Assembly: GCF_009914755.1 (NCBI RefSeq)
Contig: NC_060933.1
Reading direction: 5' to 3' (one strand)
Length of the DNA: 64,000 bases
From: the human T2T-CHM13v2.0 reference genome, Homo sapiens
This document shows positions 1 to 14,230 of this stretch, piece after piece. Numbering within the stretch: position 1 is the stretch's first letter; each line of letters begins with the position of its first letter. The notes beneath the pieces are model-generated. The model had not been told where the DNA came from. It worked only from the letters and a program-made list of their open reading frames with translations, and made no database searches. A program made the translations under genes and the position numbers.

Positions 1-412
1 TGCCAACCTGCACCTCAGGTTCCAGGATGGTGGGGAGGGCACACCCAAGTCCCTGGTCAGGAACTGACCCTCTTCCATTCTGTCCTGTCTTTGGCTTGGG
101 AGTAAGGGTCAGAGCTGGTGGGTGGGAAATGGCTGGATGGTTTTCAGGGAGGAGGCCAGTCAGAAGAACCTGAGGACTCAGGGGGAGGAAAAAGAAGATG
201 GGTTGGAGGCAAAGGCTATGTGCCCAACCCATGTGGCCTCAACCTCAGGATAGTACTTTTGAGCTCAGGAGAGCTACTGCTCCTCTCCTCCTCACCTGAA
301 GGGATCGAAAGGAGTTCCCATAGCACTTAAGGAGGCTCGGCTAGGACAATGGCTTCACTGCCTAAGGAGCAAGGGTGGCAGTAGGAAGTCCCTGTGGGGC
401 TTCTGATTCTCA

Positions 413-799
<387 letters not shown>

Positions 800-2209
800 T
801 CACACACACACACCCCTCAGGGCTGCTTAGTGTAGAAACATTAGTATCCCTGGGAACAGAGCCCTAGAGAACCATCAGAGTGGTTAAAAACAACAGTCCC
901 CACTAATGCAGCAATAACCACAACAAAAGGTTTATTTCTCTACCTTCCAAGAAGTGCAAGGTTAAAGACCTTTACAAGAAACTTCAAAGCTTTACTGATG
1001 TGCTCAAGGCCTCTGGCCATCTGTTTGCTCAGGAGATAGGAACTTCTACCTGGAGAGAGCACAGCCTCAGGTTAGAAGGAATCAGGCAGACAAGTCTGGC
1101 CCAGAACTGAGGGCCCCACCTCAGGGCAGCATGATGTTTGCAGCTCAATTGTCTCCTGGCCCAGCCTGCAAGGAGGAGCTGGAGGAAGGGTGCATTAGGA
1201 TGAACTGCAGAGCCTCTTTCCTGTCCCTCAACTGCCCTTCTCCTACAGAATCAAAGGTCGTGTCATGTCACTTCTCCAAGATGTCCATGGAAATCTGTTA
1301 TGTTAATAGTGGGCCTAGTGGTTCTTCTACATTAGACCTGGCACAGTGCCAAATGATCCTCAGCCCCAGGATGAAAGGATGGTTTACTATGAATAGTCAC
1401 AGCCCTGCTGTCAGGAGAAAGTCCTCCCTCATATCGGGCTAAGCAGTGCTGAATCTAGGAATGACTATACTCTCCTTGGTGAGCTAAACCAGTGGAGAAG
1501 TCACCTACAGCCTATACTGGTGGAGAGATTGGGCTGAAATTCAACACCAATACTTTTGTCTTCACCCTGTGGCCAGGCCTCACAGATGTCCTCTCCAGGT
1601 TCAGCAGTGACTGAGCAGAGAAAGGCTTCAGCATTCAGTTTGCAAGATGATAGCAAGGAGGAATAAGGAGAGGCAGAGAGTCCCAAGGGAGGGAACCCCA
1701 GATCCATGGGGACTTGGAAGAGAGGATCACATGGAAGGGTGGTAGGGTTGGCTAGAAGGTGGGAGAGAGGGAACTCCAGCATTGGGCTCTCACCTTTGGG
1801 AGATGTGATGCTAAAAGGCCTTTCCCTGAAAATTCCAAAATAATAGCAAGTTCAATAAAGCTCCAATGTTTGTTCTTCCCGTTCTGAGATCTCTTAGACT
1901 TTTTAGTAAAGAATTCCACATATTGCACATGACTGGTGAAGATAAGATGGGTAAGGTGGAAGGTATGGACAGTGATGACAGCCCCACTTTTCTTTAGAGG
2001 GCTTTGGCTGGACAGGAGTGGAGAAGGGAATATTCATAGGCCAGTAGGAACAGAGAGGGACTGAATTCCCTGCATTTTGCCCTGGCCTGATAAGGCACAA
2101 ACTTTAAGTCTGCAAAGGTGGGTCCTTGGCATGCTCCCGCTACCATTGCTTCATGGAAAATGCCACAGAACACTGGGCACAGCCCCTTGCTTTGGCAGGA
2201 GACCATGCC

Positions 2210-2800
2210 GTGGAGTAGTTAGGAGCACTGACTGAATTAAGTTGCCCTGGGTGTGTGGCCAGCAGCAGACAGAGAGACTAGACAATTAACCTGATTTTCC
2301 ATGGATCAGTTTTCTATTTTATAAAGTGATGTTAATTGTGCTACTTCCGTCATGGGGCTCCTCAGAGGATTGAGTGACAGAATACATGTAAGGTGCTTGG
2401 CCCAGAACTGGGCTGTATTAGTTTCCCGTGGTTGCTGTAACAATTACCACAAACTTTATGGTTCAACACAACATACATTTGGTATCTTACGGTTTTGGAG
2501 GTTGGAAATCTGAAATTCCAAGCCAGCAGTATATCATCTTAAGGTCTCTCTATGATTCAGATTCTCCTGCCTCCAGATAGCACTTATAAAATTCTTCTGA
2601 TTACATCAGGCCCACCCAGATAATCCAAGATAATCTCCCCATCTGAAACTCACATCAGCAGTGTCCTTTTCTTCCCAGGTAAGATAACATATTCTCAGGT
2701 TCTTGGGATTAGGATGTGGTTACCTTTGGGAGGGAGCCAGTATTGTACGATCAGCACATTGGCTTACATTAAAAACTCACTATATATTGGCCACTATTAT
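2210..2800 (+). mobile_element. MIR SINE, split by an MLT1 LTR
   Basis: MIR core/3' motifs (gaggattgagtgacagaatacatgtaaggtgcttgg; aaactcactatatattggccactattat) on both sides of the LTR. Confidence 0.65.
2414..2758 (-). mobile_element. MaLR solo LTR (MLT1C/D-like)
   Basis: tgtattagtttcc...gctgtaacaattaccacaaact start; cacccagataatccaagataatctcccc; TG...CA ends; 5-bp TSD tgggc/ttggc. Confidence 0.85.
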
Positions 2801-4040
2801 TTTTCTTGTACCTCCAGCCAAATGGAAAATCATATATAGGAAAAGGAATGCTTTCTCCTTTGGTCTGGACACCACCGTGCTTTGTTACCTTGAGTCTAAC
2901 AATACACCACAGAGGTGGTAGAAACGGCAGTAGCACAATGTGAGGGCTGGTCTCCAGCAGAGGTGTTCATGGTACCTCACCAGATAGTGCTTCTTCGTAG
3001 GTGGAGAGAGAAGTAGTCTCTGATAGAAACAGTGATATCTAGTGAGTGTTCCAGAGACATCAATACTCAACAGAAGGACTGATGCTTAGAGAACCTGCCA
3101 GGTGCTGGTTGGGCTTGGTGGGAAACAGCATGATGGTGGACCCCAGAAGCAATGATCAAGTGTGGTGCCCATGTCTTCCCATAGCTTTGTAAAAAATTTT
3201 TTTTTCCACAGTGATTAGACAAAAAGAGAAAGAAAATGGCAGTTGCTGTAAGGTGAATGCCAGGACTTGTTGTTAAGCACATGTTTGACCCCACTGGGCA
3301 TAGCAAAAATAATATGGAAGCCTTTATAGGGGGCTGGAACTCCTATAATAACACGTAGGGGCAAGATCAGGTTAAATGTAGGTTCTGTCTGTCAACATGT
3401 GCTCATTTTAAACCATCCACTGGTGTGGTCTGGGAAACCCAGGTTGCATAAGTCAAGTTTGCAGCTCAGTGCTGAGCACTCTGGAGGGGCTCTGGAAATG
3501 CCTGACCTCATTCCTCCCCTTCTCTCCTTTTCCTTGACTATGACCTCATTGACTTGCTCTAGATGCTCTAATCTTTCCCAGCAGCCTTATTGCTTATACC
3601 TCTCAGCTTATGCTGGCATCGTTCCTCTTCCCAGAGAGCTGCCTAAGCACTCTTCTCTTCTCGCTGCCCCACTTTGAGGCTGAGGGTGAGGTCACAGGGT
3701 GGCTGTGCATCAGCATTTGCATTGCTAAAGCAGCACTGTCAGAGCCTGAGCTTGCATTCTCTCCGTGCATCCATGCTCACTGACCTGTCAATACTCTCAT
3801 CCGGGAAGCAGCATATTCCTCTCCTTGAACTTGGCCCAGACATTGCACATATGAACTCTTAGGGGCCAATTTACAGCCCCTTCGTTGAGGCAGCTCTGCA
3901 GTTGATTTCCCAAGTTTCTTATTTTAGTTATCCATCCCTACTTCACCTCCCCATCCCCTCTATTCAACCTAGTACTTACCTTTTGGGTATGTCACTCCTC
4001 ATTAGCACCTCTTCCAGAAAAGATGCTCATGACGGAGAAT

Positions 4041-4490
4041 TGTCTTAGTCTGGTTTCCTCTAAAAGCAGAGCCTGAGACAGGTAGTTTATTTGGGAGTGA
4101 TTCCTGGAAGCCAGAATGTGTTAGAAGTGAGATGGAGAGCGAGGGAAAAAGCCAATAAAGAGTATGCAATTGAGCTGATTACCACTGCAGGCAACCGAGG
4201 CTCAGTTCCCTGGGATCCCTGAGGAGCTGTGTAGAATAAACCTTAGAATTGTCTTTCTGAATGTCAGAAGCCTGGGACATTTATCCACAAACTCCTGCGA
4301 CCAATTGGCAGAGTATTAACACCGCTTTACTTCTGGGATGAGCCTGGGCATGTCTCAGTGGTCCTCCAAGGCTTAGGAGAGAGGCTTGGGGCAGACCAAC
4401 AGGGAGCCTTGACTCTTGAGATGGGAAGCTAGATGTGTGCTTAGAACTGTCCATCTCAGGTGTGCTAAAACTAAGTGGGCTTAAAAAGTG
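4041..4490 (-). mobile_element. ERVL-class solo LTR (LTR40/41-like)
   Basis: Reverse strand ends ...cccaaataaactacctgtctcaggctctgc...agactaagaca, typical of an ERVL LTR 3' end. Confidence 0.65.
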
Positions 4491-5479
4491 TCCCTCGGGG
4501 TGAAATTTACATGAGGCAGAAGTAACTTTAGAGAAGGCTTAAGAATGTAATCGTTCAAAATTGATTACCTAAACTGGTCATTCCTAAATTATCTATAGAT
4601 TTTATATGCCTAGGCTGTTCCCGTTGCTCTTGCTATGTTCACGAGAGGAGTTGATCTGTTTGCCACTATGATTCCTTTAGGATATATGATTGACACTCTG
4701 TTGGTGACTTATACTCCCTCTGCCTAGATGCCTTAGCATTATCATTCATTCTCTAATTTAGCCAATTAGTAAACATAGTCAACCCCAAAGAGAGACTGGT
4801 TAATATATGGAGGTGCATATTCATGTATTTATAATTCCTTCCTTTACATTCCTCCCATTCAAATAGGGATGTTATGTGGACTTCATTGCCTCAGAGAAAA
4901 TTCCTTTTAGGGCTGAAGGCAGAGAAAGTCAGCATTGATTTCTGGCCTAAGCTCTTGGGAGTTTAGAGGGTTTGTCAAGGAGCCAAAAGAGGCAAAGGGA
5001 CTTGAAGATTTGGACGGCATGTCTCGGAGAAGTAGCCCCACTCCTAGAGGAGATGACATTTGGCTTGGAGGAGAAAGAGGTGAGCAAGAGCTGTAGTCCT
5101 GGAGTAGAAGGGATCCAGGCCCTGCTCTCTTTAAGGGCTCCCCAGGATGAGAAAAAAATCTTCAGGGTGGAATGGTTGGGTGATACATCTAATTCCTACC
5201 TCCAAGCCTGCTGCAGAAGTACTAGAGAGGCTGCATAGATAGAGACAGTGAAAGTCTTAGCAGTAATATGAGCAGACAGGTGACTGAGCCCCGTATGCAT
5301 AGCACTTTGATGCAGTGTGAGATCTTGGACTTTTGAAATGACCCCCAGGAAGGGGGAAGACAAACTAAGGAAGGGAGAGGGTAAATTTCCTGCCAGCCTG
5401 GTGAAGTGGGGGCTTAAAGTTGGTAATTATATTGACTTATTCAAAATACACAGTTAGGGGGCTTAGATGCATACCCACC

Positions 5480-5820
5480 ACATAAACATTTATTGCATGT
5501 TTACTTTGTGGCAGGCATTGTGCTTGACATTAAAAATGTAAATATGACAAAGACATAGCCCCTTGCTTCAGTGGGGCTCACATCCAGTCAAGGAGGCATA
5601 TATCTAAGGTGATGATCATTGAAATATACGTGTAATGATAGATATCTATACATACTATGGAGCCTAAGGAGAGGGTTTGGGGAGAGTTAAGAGAAGGATT
5701 CTTGGAAGAGACGATGTTTGAACTGAGCCTTAAAGGGTGGAAGACTTTATCTAGAGAGAAGAGGAAGGGGATGGGAGGCTGTATAGGCAGTGAGAACAGT
5801 GTGAAGGGAGAGGTACAGGG
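5480..5820 (-). mobile_element. L2 LINE 3' fragment
   Basis: aaacatttattg...gcaggcattgtgct...agacatagccccttgc...gctcacatccagt L2 3'-end motifs. Confidence 0.7.
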
Positions 5821-5822
5821 GT

Positions 5823-5965
5823 GGTATTAGTTTTATATTGCTGCATAACAAATTACCACAGATCCAGCAGCTTAAAAGAGCATACATATTTATTAGTTTA
5901 CAGCTTCTGTGGAGCAGGAGTCCAGGAATAGCTTAAGTAACTTCTCTGGTGCAGTGTCTCACTTG
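5823..5965 (-). mobile_element. MLT1 LTR fragment
   Basis: tattagttttatattgctgcataacaaattaccac...cagcttctgtggagcaggagtcc. Confidence 0.7.
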
Positions 5966-6739
5966 ACTCTAAACGTCCAGTAATTCACATTTAGGTTTCA
6001 GTGGTGAGACTGTAGTCAAGAAAACAACAATGCCACTACAATACATAATCTCTAGGCCTCCTTTTGATAAATATGGTCATCAATTTACTCCTCCCACCTC
6101 CCACCACAAACTGTAGTTCAATGGTACTTTTTGTTTTGGAAGGAGGTAGATTTTCATTGCAATGCATGACTCTGACCTTGGAAACCGCATTTTCATTAAT
6201 TTTGCCTTTCATGAGTTTTTAAATGTTTCCATCTGAACAATAATCATATGAACATGAGGTTGACACTTTCCCAAGAAATTGCCGATACTGACAATAATTC
6301 AGAAATGCACATTTTGACAAGGCTAGATTTGATGATTTGCACATCTTCAGAAACTGTTAGAATTTTCGAGTGAGACCTTGAAACCAAGAAGACTCAGCCT
6401 TCTGGATTTACCTGAAGCTTATTTATCACCTGTCCTGAATACTGATTCCAAGGGGACTCAGCGTCCTCATAGAGTGTTATCTTCTCAGCATCTTCCAATT
6501 AATCTGTCCCAGAGCAGGTTCTGGAATCCAGGACTCCCAGTAAGATTCAATGTGGTGTTGCAATCTTGGACCTGATTATCCTAATATTGAATTTATAGTG
6601 TTTAAGAGGAGAGTGTTGGGGTCACTACTCTTCTAGAGTGGTTTACTTTGGAATCACTCTGAAGCCTCTGTGCATTCTTCAGCCCTAAAAGTTGCTTTGA
6701 AAGTTGCTTTCTGAAAGGACCTTAAATCATCTTCCTTAG

Positions 6740-7790
6740 TTCTTCTATTTTAACTGCTCTAATCAGTGTTCTATTGAAATTTTGCTAGAAAATGAAAACA
6801 ATTGTTGCCATCAATTTGCACAGAATATTCTCTTATGATAAATTTGATCTCTGTATCTGTGGTTATGTCTTATTTCTAACCTTAAATATATTTTCTCTTT
6901 TTCCTTCTAAGAGCTTACCTTTTTATTGGTCTTTTCAAAGAATAAAGTTTTGGTTTTATTTATCCTCCTTTTTTTTTAGATCCAGTTAATTTTATTTCTC
7001 CTTTTCTAATTTATTAACATGAATCTTAAGTATATTCAGTTTTAGCCTTTGAAAGTTTTTAAGGCTATAATTTTTTTCTAAGTATGCTTTTGCTGTGTCC
7101 CATAGATTTTGTTATAATTATTCTAATTTCAATGACTTGCTAGAGAACTTGAAGTTTCAGTTTTAATTAATCTTTGATTCAAAGGTAGACATGTATGTTT
7201 ATTAATTTATAAGTAGTTAAAATTATCATTAAGCTTATGATTGAATATATGATCACTACAATTCCTACTTTTAAAAATTTATGGCCTGGTGCAGTGGCTA
7301 ATGCGTGTAATCCCAGCACTTTGAGGGGCTGAGCGGGGTGGATTACCTGAGGTCAGGAGTTCAAGGCCAGCCTGGCCTACATGGTGAAACCCCATCTCTA
7401 CTAAAAATACAGAATTAGCTGGGTGTGGTGGCACACACCTGAAGTCCCAGCTACTCTGGAGGCTGAGATAGGAGTATCGCTTCAACCCAGGAGGTGGAGG
7501 CTGCAGTAAGCCCAGACTGCGCCACTGCACCCCAGCCTGGGCAAGACAGAGCGAGACTCCATCTCAAAAAGAAAAAAAAAAATTAGAAGGTTTTCTTTGT
7601 GGCCAAATATGTGATTGATTTTGGACATACAAATAAACATATTTTTCTATTCTGGTATGTAGGTTCTTATATATGTACTAATTACTCTACATCCTTACTT
7701 ATTTTTTGACTTCAGGTTAAGTCCTGCAAGAAGTATATTAAAGTATCCCACTGTTTGCATTTCTGATAATTTTTATTTATTTATCTAGCA
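6740..7790 (-). mobile_element. Old L1M ORF2 fragment, interrupted by an Alu
   Basis: T-rich; cttttcaaagaataaagttt, gctgtgtcccatagattttg and ctttgtggccaaatatgtg match antisense L1 ORF2 5' region. Confidence 0.7.
7283..7582 (+). mobile_element. Alu SINE (AluS-type)
   Basis: Dimeric Alu with cctgaggtcaggagttc and A tail. Confidence 0.97.
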
Positions 7791-8065
7791 TATATATTGT
7801 GTGTGTTCTGAAAAACTTCATGCAAACAAATAATATAAGAGCGGCCAGGAATTTGTTGTAATCTTAAATATCTGGCAGAATCGGGTGTAAATCTTCTCTG
7901 GGCTATCATATTTTCAACTCAGGCCTCAAAGGTTTCACATATCTAAGTCCAAGGAACTTGAGCTCACAGTCAGACATCATAAAACACACAAGGAAAGAAG
8001 GCATCATGAATAAAAGCAGGAACCAATATTATTAGACACAACAGATAAAGTAAGTGTATTTAATA

Positions 8066-8460
8066 TTTACTCATAAATTCTTACATGTTTCAGCTCTGTG
8101 TTAGGTATTATTCTAGGTACTGGAGATACAACAATGAAAAACAACAGAAAATATCCCTGTCTTTAAACATTTATATTCGAGTTAAAAAAATAACTGTATA
8201 GACTTAGAAGGGAAAGGGGCTACAGAGAAAAATAAAGCAGGAAGTGGGTGTATGAAATGCACATGAGCAATTTATATTTGAACAAAAACTTGAAGGAAGT
8301 GAGAAATGAGGCATGTGCATCTAGGGGGTTAGATGGAAACATTCTACAGAGGAATCAGCAAGGGTAAAAGCTTGAAGGTAGAAGTATGCCTGACATAGAA
8401 GGTCAGGGTGGCTGAGGTGGTGTTACTAAGTGGGAGAGGTAGAATTTAAGGGCAGAGTGG
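8066..8460 (-). mobile_element. L2 3' fragment lying within the old L1
   Basis: ctgtgttaggtattattctaggtactggagatacaacaatgaa...gaaggaagtgag...gtatgcctgaca. Confidence 0.7.
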
Positions 8461-11004
8461 CAATTAAAAGAAAAAAAAAGGATTGAAATATGATTATGGG
8501 AAAATATACTATTAAAATAACTAAGCAGTTATAAGAATAAGTCAAAACTTGTAAGACTAGAAAAATATCACAGTTGATATTTGAGAAATATTGGATGGAT
8601 TAAATATCAGATCAGACATAACTGAAGAGAGAATAAGTGAACTGAGAAATAGGGCTGAAGAAATTCTATACAACACAGCAAGGAAAGACAAGTAGATAGG
8701 AAATGTAAAACAGAGATTTAACATATTTAGCGGAATTACAGAAGGAAAAAATAGAATGAAGGAAAAGCAATGTTGAAAGTCAAAAATGGTTTAGTATCTC
8801 AAGAATGGAAAAACACCAACTGTCAGTTTCAGGAAGCTCAGTAAGTCCCAAATAGGATAAATACAGAAAAAGCCACACCTAGAAACAACATAGGGAAATT
8901 GCCCAACATTGCATACAAATAAAAAAAATTCAGTGAAGCTGGTGAGAAAAGACAAATACCTACAAAGAATGACAATTAGATTTATAGCTGACCTCTTAAT
9001 AGTACTAATGGAAACCAAAAGACTATAAACTAATACTTAAAAGTTCTGAAACTATATCTAGTGAATATATATAGTGAATTTACTATATTTTATAGGTAAT
9101 GAACTGTCTTCCAAAGTTAAGACATTTTCAGACAAATAAAAATTTTGTTTACCACCCACAGATGACCGTAAAGAAAATTTGGGAATGTGTATTTCAGGGA
9201 AAATGAAAATGATCCCAATAAAGATCGGAGATGCAGGAAGGAAGGAAAACATAGAAATTGGTAAATATGAAATTCAATATAAACACACATTGATTAGATA
9301 AAACACTGATGATGATAGATGTCTAATTTGTGGATTAAAAAATAGAACAAAAACATCGATTAAGAGTGGCATATAAATCATTGTAGAGGTGATGAAATTC
9401 AAATTGTTCTGTAGTTCTCAGACTCTTTCTGACAAAGGTAAACATGGTGAGCAATTTTAGATTTCTTCGATAAGTTTTCATGTTTAAATTTCTAGAGAAA
9501 CCACTTCTTCTTCCCCCAGAAAAAGAAAGAAAAAAAAATAGTGTGTAATTTCTATTTACTTGAGGAAAAAATTGGAATGAGAAAAAAATGGAGTCTGTAT
9601 AAGAACAGGTCAAGAAAGGAAGGAAAGAGAGAAAATAGAAAAATTAGAACAAATATAGAGCACAAAACAAGCAATCCAAATACCAGTAATCCCAATCAAT
9701 GGAAATGAAAAATCAATCCTGATAAAATGGAAAGGTTATCAAACTGGATTAAAAATATTTATGCTGTATATTAATAAAAATGAGAACAAAGAAATGTTGG
9801 AAACAAAAGAATGAAAAAGACATGTACTAGGCAAATAGCAACAAAAAAGCTGACATATTTATATTAATAAACTAGACCTAAAACAATATTTAGCAGAGAG
9901 GAAATGAGTCACTACATAAACAAAATATTCAATTTACCAGGGAAGACATAAGATTCTAAACTTGTATACTTTAATAAAATAGCCACAACATATTTAAACT
10001 AAAAGTTGATAAAAGTATGAGGAGTTAAAGACAAGTCCACTGTCATGGTGAAAAGGTAATACATAACCAATTTTAGAAATGAACAGATCAAACAGTAAAA
10101 TCAATAAACATATAGAATATTTGAATACTATAATTAAATTTTATAAAATGAATATGTTTATAATTAACTCTAAAATCCACATTCTTTTATGCACATGTGG
10201 ATAATTTATGAAAAATGGTCACTTTTTAGGCTACCAAGCAAGTCTTAACAAATTTCAAAGGATCTTGACAACATATAGAGCATGTTATCTGACTACAAAA
10301 TAAGTGTTTTTATTCTCTGTTTCTACTAAAAAACAAGTAGACAAAATCGTGTGTGGAACTTTAAAAGCCATATTTACTAAATAACCCATGAGTTAAAATG
10401 GAATCACAATACAAATAAAAATATCTATGTAACTAAACCTTAATGAAAATATCAGAACTTGTGAGATGCAGCTAAACTAGGATTTGGAAGTTAATTTAAA
10501 TGCGTATATTTGCACTTAAGAAAAAAAGGCTGAAAACTAATGATGTCAGCATCCCATTTAAGAAACAAAGAAAAGAGTAATAGAATAAACTCAACAGCAG
10601 TAGATATATAAATTGAAAACAAAGAGAATCAACAAGGCCAAATGAGGGCTCTTTGTAAATATTAATTAGATTGACAAAACTGTGGTAAGAGGAATAAGAA
10701 AGAAATATATATGCCAAATAAAATATGTAGATAACTACAGAAGGGTCAGAGATTTAAAAGATAATGAAAAAATATTGTGAACCAACTTTATGACAAAAGG
10801 AGTTAAAAGTTAGATGAAGTGCAAAAATTGCTAAAAATATACTGACTCAAGAAGAAATGGAAAACTAGTATAATCTTAGAAGCATTAATCAGTAGTTCAA
10901 AAATCTTCCCCTTAAAGAAAGCAGGATGACTAGATAATTTTACAGGTAAATTCTTGCTAACACTCAAGGAACAGATAATTTCAACATTACATAAACACTT
11001 CCAA

Positions 11005-11138
11005 ATATGTACCATATTAATGTAAGATGTTAATAATAGGGGAAACTGGGTGTAGGGTATATGTGAACTGTACTATCTTTGCAATGTTTTTATAAACCTA
11101 AAACTACTCTAAATATAAAATGTATTTAATAAAAAAAA
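11005..11138 (+). mobile_element. Short L1MC/MD-type 3' end inserted in the older L1 ORF2
   Basis: atgtaccatattaatgtaagatgttaataataggggaaactggg...aaacctaaaactactctaaa plus polyA. Confidence 0.75.
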
Positions 11139-13949
11139 CAGGAAAATGGGAACACTTCTTACTCCTTTAAAGAGGCTAGAATAACTTTCATGCCAAATCA
11201 GAAAAGGAAATAAAATGAAAGACAAATTACAGGCCAATTTTACTTTTGAATAAAAAGAAATTCTTTGGAAAATATTAATAAATTGAATTTAACACACTTA
11301 AGAAATAGCATATCTCATTATCTAATTTGGTCTATGATAGGTATGAAAGTTTGGTGTAACATTAGAAAATGGATTAGTGTAATTCACTACAATAATGGAA
11401 GAAAGGGCAAAACAATATGATTATTTCTATGGATGTAGAAAAGAAACTACTTGATAAAATTTAACATCCATTCATGATTTAAAAATAAAAACTCTTTAGC
11501 AAATAAGAAATAGACTTTAAGTTTCTCTATCTGGTAAAAACTACAAAAAAGTTTTCAGCAAATATTATTCTTTATGGTAAAGAAAGGGAAGAAGAAAGTA
11601 TGTATGCAGTTATTACTTTTTTCTATACTGTCCATGATGACCTAGCCATTGCAGTAATGCAATTTAAAGACATTACATGTGTAACGATTAGAAAGGAAGG
11701 GCAAAATTTTAGGATTGTCTTCATAGTAAACTCAAAGAAAGATACAGATAGATCAATTATTAGAATTAAGAAGATATATTAGTAAGGTTGCTAGATACGA
11801 AATCAACATAAAATCATTGCTATTCTATATGTCAGCAACAAACAGAAAAATAAACCAATTTTAAAACAGCATTGAGAAATATCAAGTAACTAAGAATAAA
11901 GCTATCATAATATATGCAATAATTAGGGAGAAAATGGAAGCTTTATTGAAAAAAAAAACCCCTAAATTAATGAAGAGATATATTGTCATGAGTCAGAGCA
12001 CTTAACATTGTAAAATATCTCTCCAAATTGATCTATAGATTCAACCTGATTCCTGTGAAGTACGAAGGGTTTTCTTTTGTTGTTGTTGCTGTTGCTGTTG
12101 CTGCTGTTTTCTTCCCCCAACCCCCGTGGAACTTGACAGCCTACAGCTAGTTCTAAAGTGAATGTGGAAGTTCACAGGGCCAAGAATAGCAAGAGCATTC
12201 TTAAAAAGAAAGGGGGGGGGGACTAGTTCTATAAAAGATAGGCATTTGCTATAAAGCTATAGAAATGAAGACAATGTGATATTGGCACAGAGATAAACAA
12301 TGCGATGTTGAAACAGGAAGAGAACCCTGGAATAGAGAAACACACATATGAACACTAGACATGTGATACAGGTAGTATTGCAGTTCAGTGGGTAAAGGGT
12401 GGATTTTTTGTTACTTGGTACTGGGATATTTGGTTATCCATATGGTTAAAAATGAAGCTGGAGTCCTTATACAAAATAATGAACCAATTCCAGGTGGTCT
12501 AAATGTAAAAATGAAAAACAACATTATAAACATTTGTAAGACAAAATAGGAGACTATGTCTATTCTCCCACAGAGATATTCCCAGAAATTGAGAATGATT
12601 TCCTGAAACATAAATGAAAAGATTGATAAATTCCACAACATTAAAATTTAGAATTTCTATTTATTGAGAGAGAAAGAGAGAAATTGAGAGAGTTAAAGAC
12701 CAGCCACAGCAGGGAAGATGGCTGCTGCACAAATAATCAACATGGCATGCTTACCCAGAACACATAAAGAAATTCCATGATTAAGTAAGAAAAAGACAAC
12801 CAAATAAAAGAAATTTCACAGAAAAGGAAACATAAGTGGCCTATACACATGTGAAAGTTATTACAAAAATTTCAACTCGGAGCAGTTGAGGAGCAGTGGA
12901 CACTTTCATCCTCTGCTGCTTTGTGTGTAAATTGCTTCCACCACTTTGAAAAACAGGCATCGTATAGTAAATTACAAAAAGTGCACAGTCAAAGATTCAG
13001 CAATGTCACTTCTAAGACATATACTCTGGAAAAAACTTTTACAAATGTTTACCAACAGAGGTGTATAAAAAACATAGCAGTGATAGTACAACACTGGAAT
13101 TAATTGCAGCATATGCATGCATTGGAATATTATACTGCAGTAAAAATGAATTAAATACAACTGCATGTAACATAAATGTAATGCTTAGCACAAAAGGCAA
13201 GCAGCAGGAGAATGAACATAGTATAATTCCATTTGGGTAAATTTCAAAACATGCAAAATGAAACAATATATTTTTGGGGGAATCTATCAAATGAGGTAAC
13301 ATTTTCACAAAGAGACAGAATGATGATGGCTTTTACTAAAGGGTATGACAGGGGATGGGGCATAAGGGCGCCTCAATCTGCTGGGTAGAGAACACCTGAG
13401 TGTTTTGTCTTTTTGTCTCCTCTACCTAGGCATATAAGTGTTCATCTGGAAGTGTTTAATAATTAATAAAAAACTATTTTAAAATAAATGAATAAAATAC
13501 CACATCCAACAGCCCTGCCTACAGGTAAACACATGGGAGTTTATGAGATTAAATGACTTGCTTGGTTTCTTTGTTTGATTATTTCAGAGCCAGTTGGAGT
13601 GTGAGGCTTCAGAATCGCCTTCCAACTCTCTGTGCACTGCACCAGCTGCTTCCCATAGACTCCTGGTAAAATATGTAAGTATTAAAATGTTTTCATACAC
13701 ATGAGTGGATAGGCAATTCCAATCTACTGAAGCAGCCTCTTTTTCCTAGCATCTTCCTTTGTGTTTCTCCCTTATCAGAATGTAAGGTAGAACTAACACT
13801 CCCTACTATGAATTTCTAAAATTCACTTGATAAATTACCTTGAATTGTTCAGGTCAAAGGCAAATGTGGACTAGAACTTTTCAAAACCTTGTCATGATAA
13901 TACAGGAAAAAATAATACTATTTTGTGTCATTCAAATTCCGAGTAGCTT

Positions 13950-14230
13950 TAATCAATCATTCAATATGTCATAAGCACCTAGTAACTAATCAGCAATCTG
14001 ATAGACAACATGCTTATTATCCTCAAGGACCTCAAAGCCTAGGTAGGGAAACAAAACAAATACACAGGAGAGAGAAAGATCATGGATAAGCTAAACTGCA
14101 ATACTAGTATCTAATATCTGCAATTAGATTATGGAAAAGGGAGGTGTCATTGGAGGCTGTTTTAGATGGATCAGACTCCCATTGAAGACCAGGGAAGGAT
14201 AAAGATAAGTGTATGGGGGTAGGAAGAATT
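13950..14230 (-). mobile_element. L2 3' fragment
   Basis: aatcaatcattcaa...cctcaaggacctcaaagcctaggtagggaaac. Confidence 0.5.

Larger units (their letters stand above)
7840..13495 (+). mobile_element. Long, highly decayed ancient L1 (L1MC/ME-like): 5' region, ORF1 (~8500-9300), ORF2 (~9650-12900), 3'UTR
   Basis: Strong A-rich bias; colinear L1 motifs (actgaagagagaataagtgaactg; aataacccatgagttaaa; aaatttaacatccattcatgat; ctccaaattgatctatagattcaa); ORFs disrupted. Confidence 0.85.

Noticed and set aside
6740-7790. Minus-strand L1 next to the long plus-strand L1 as a twin-priming inversion
   Set aside because: It covers ORF2 sequence also present in the plus copy (~10300-10700) and lies upstream of that copy's 5' region, so an independent insertion is more likely
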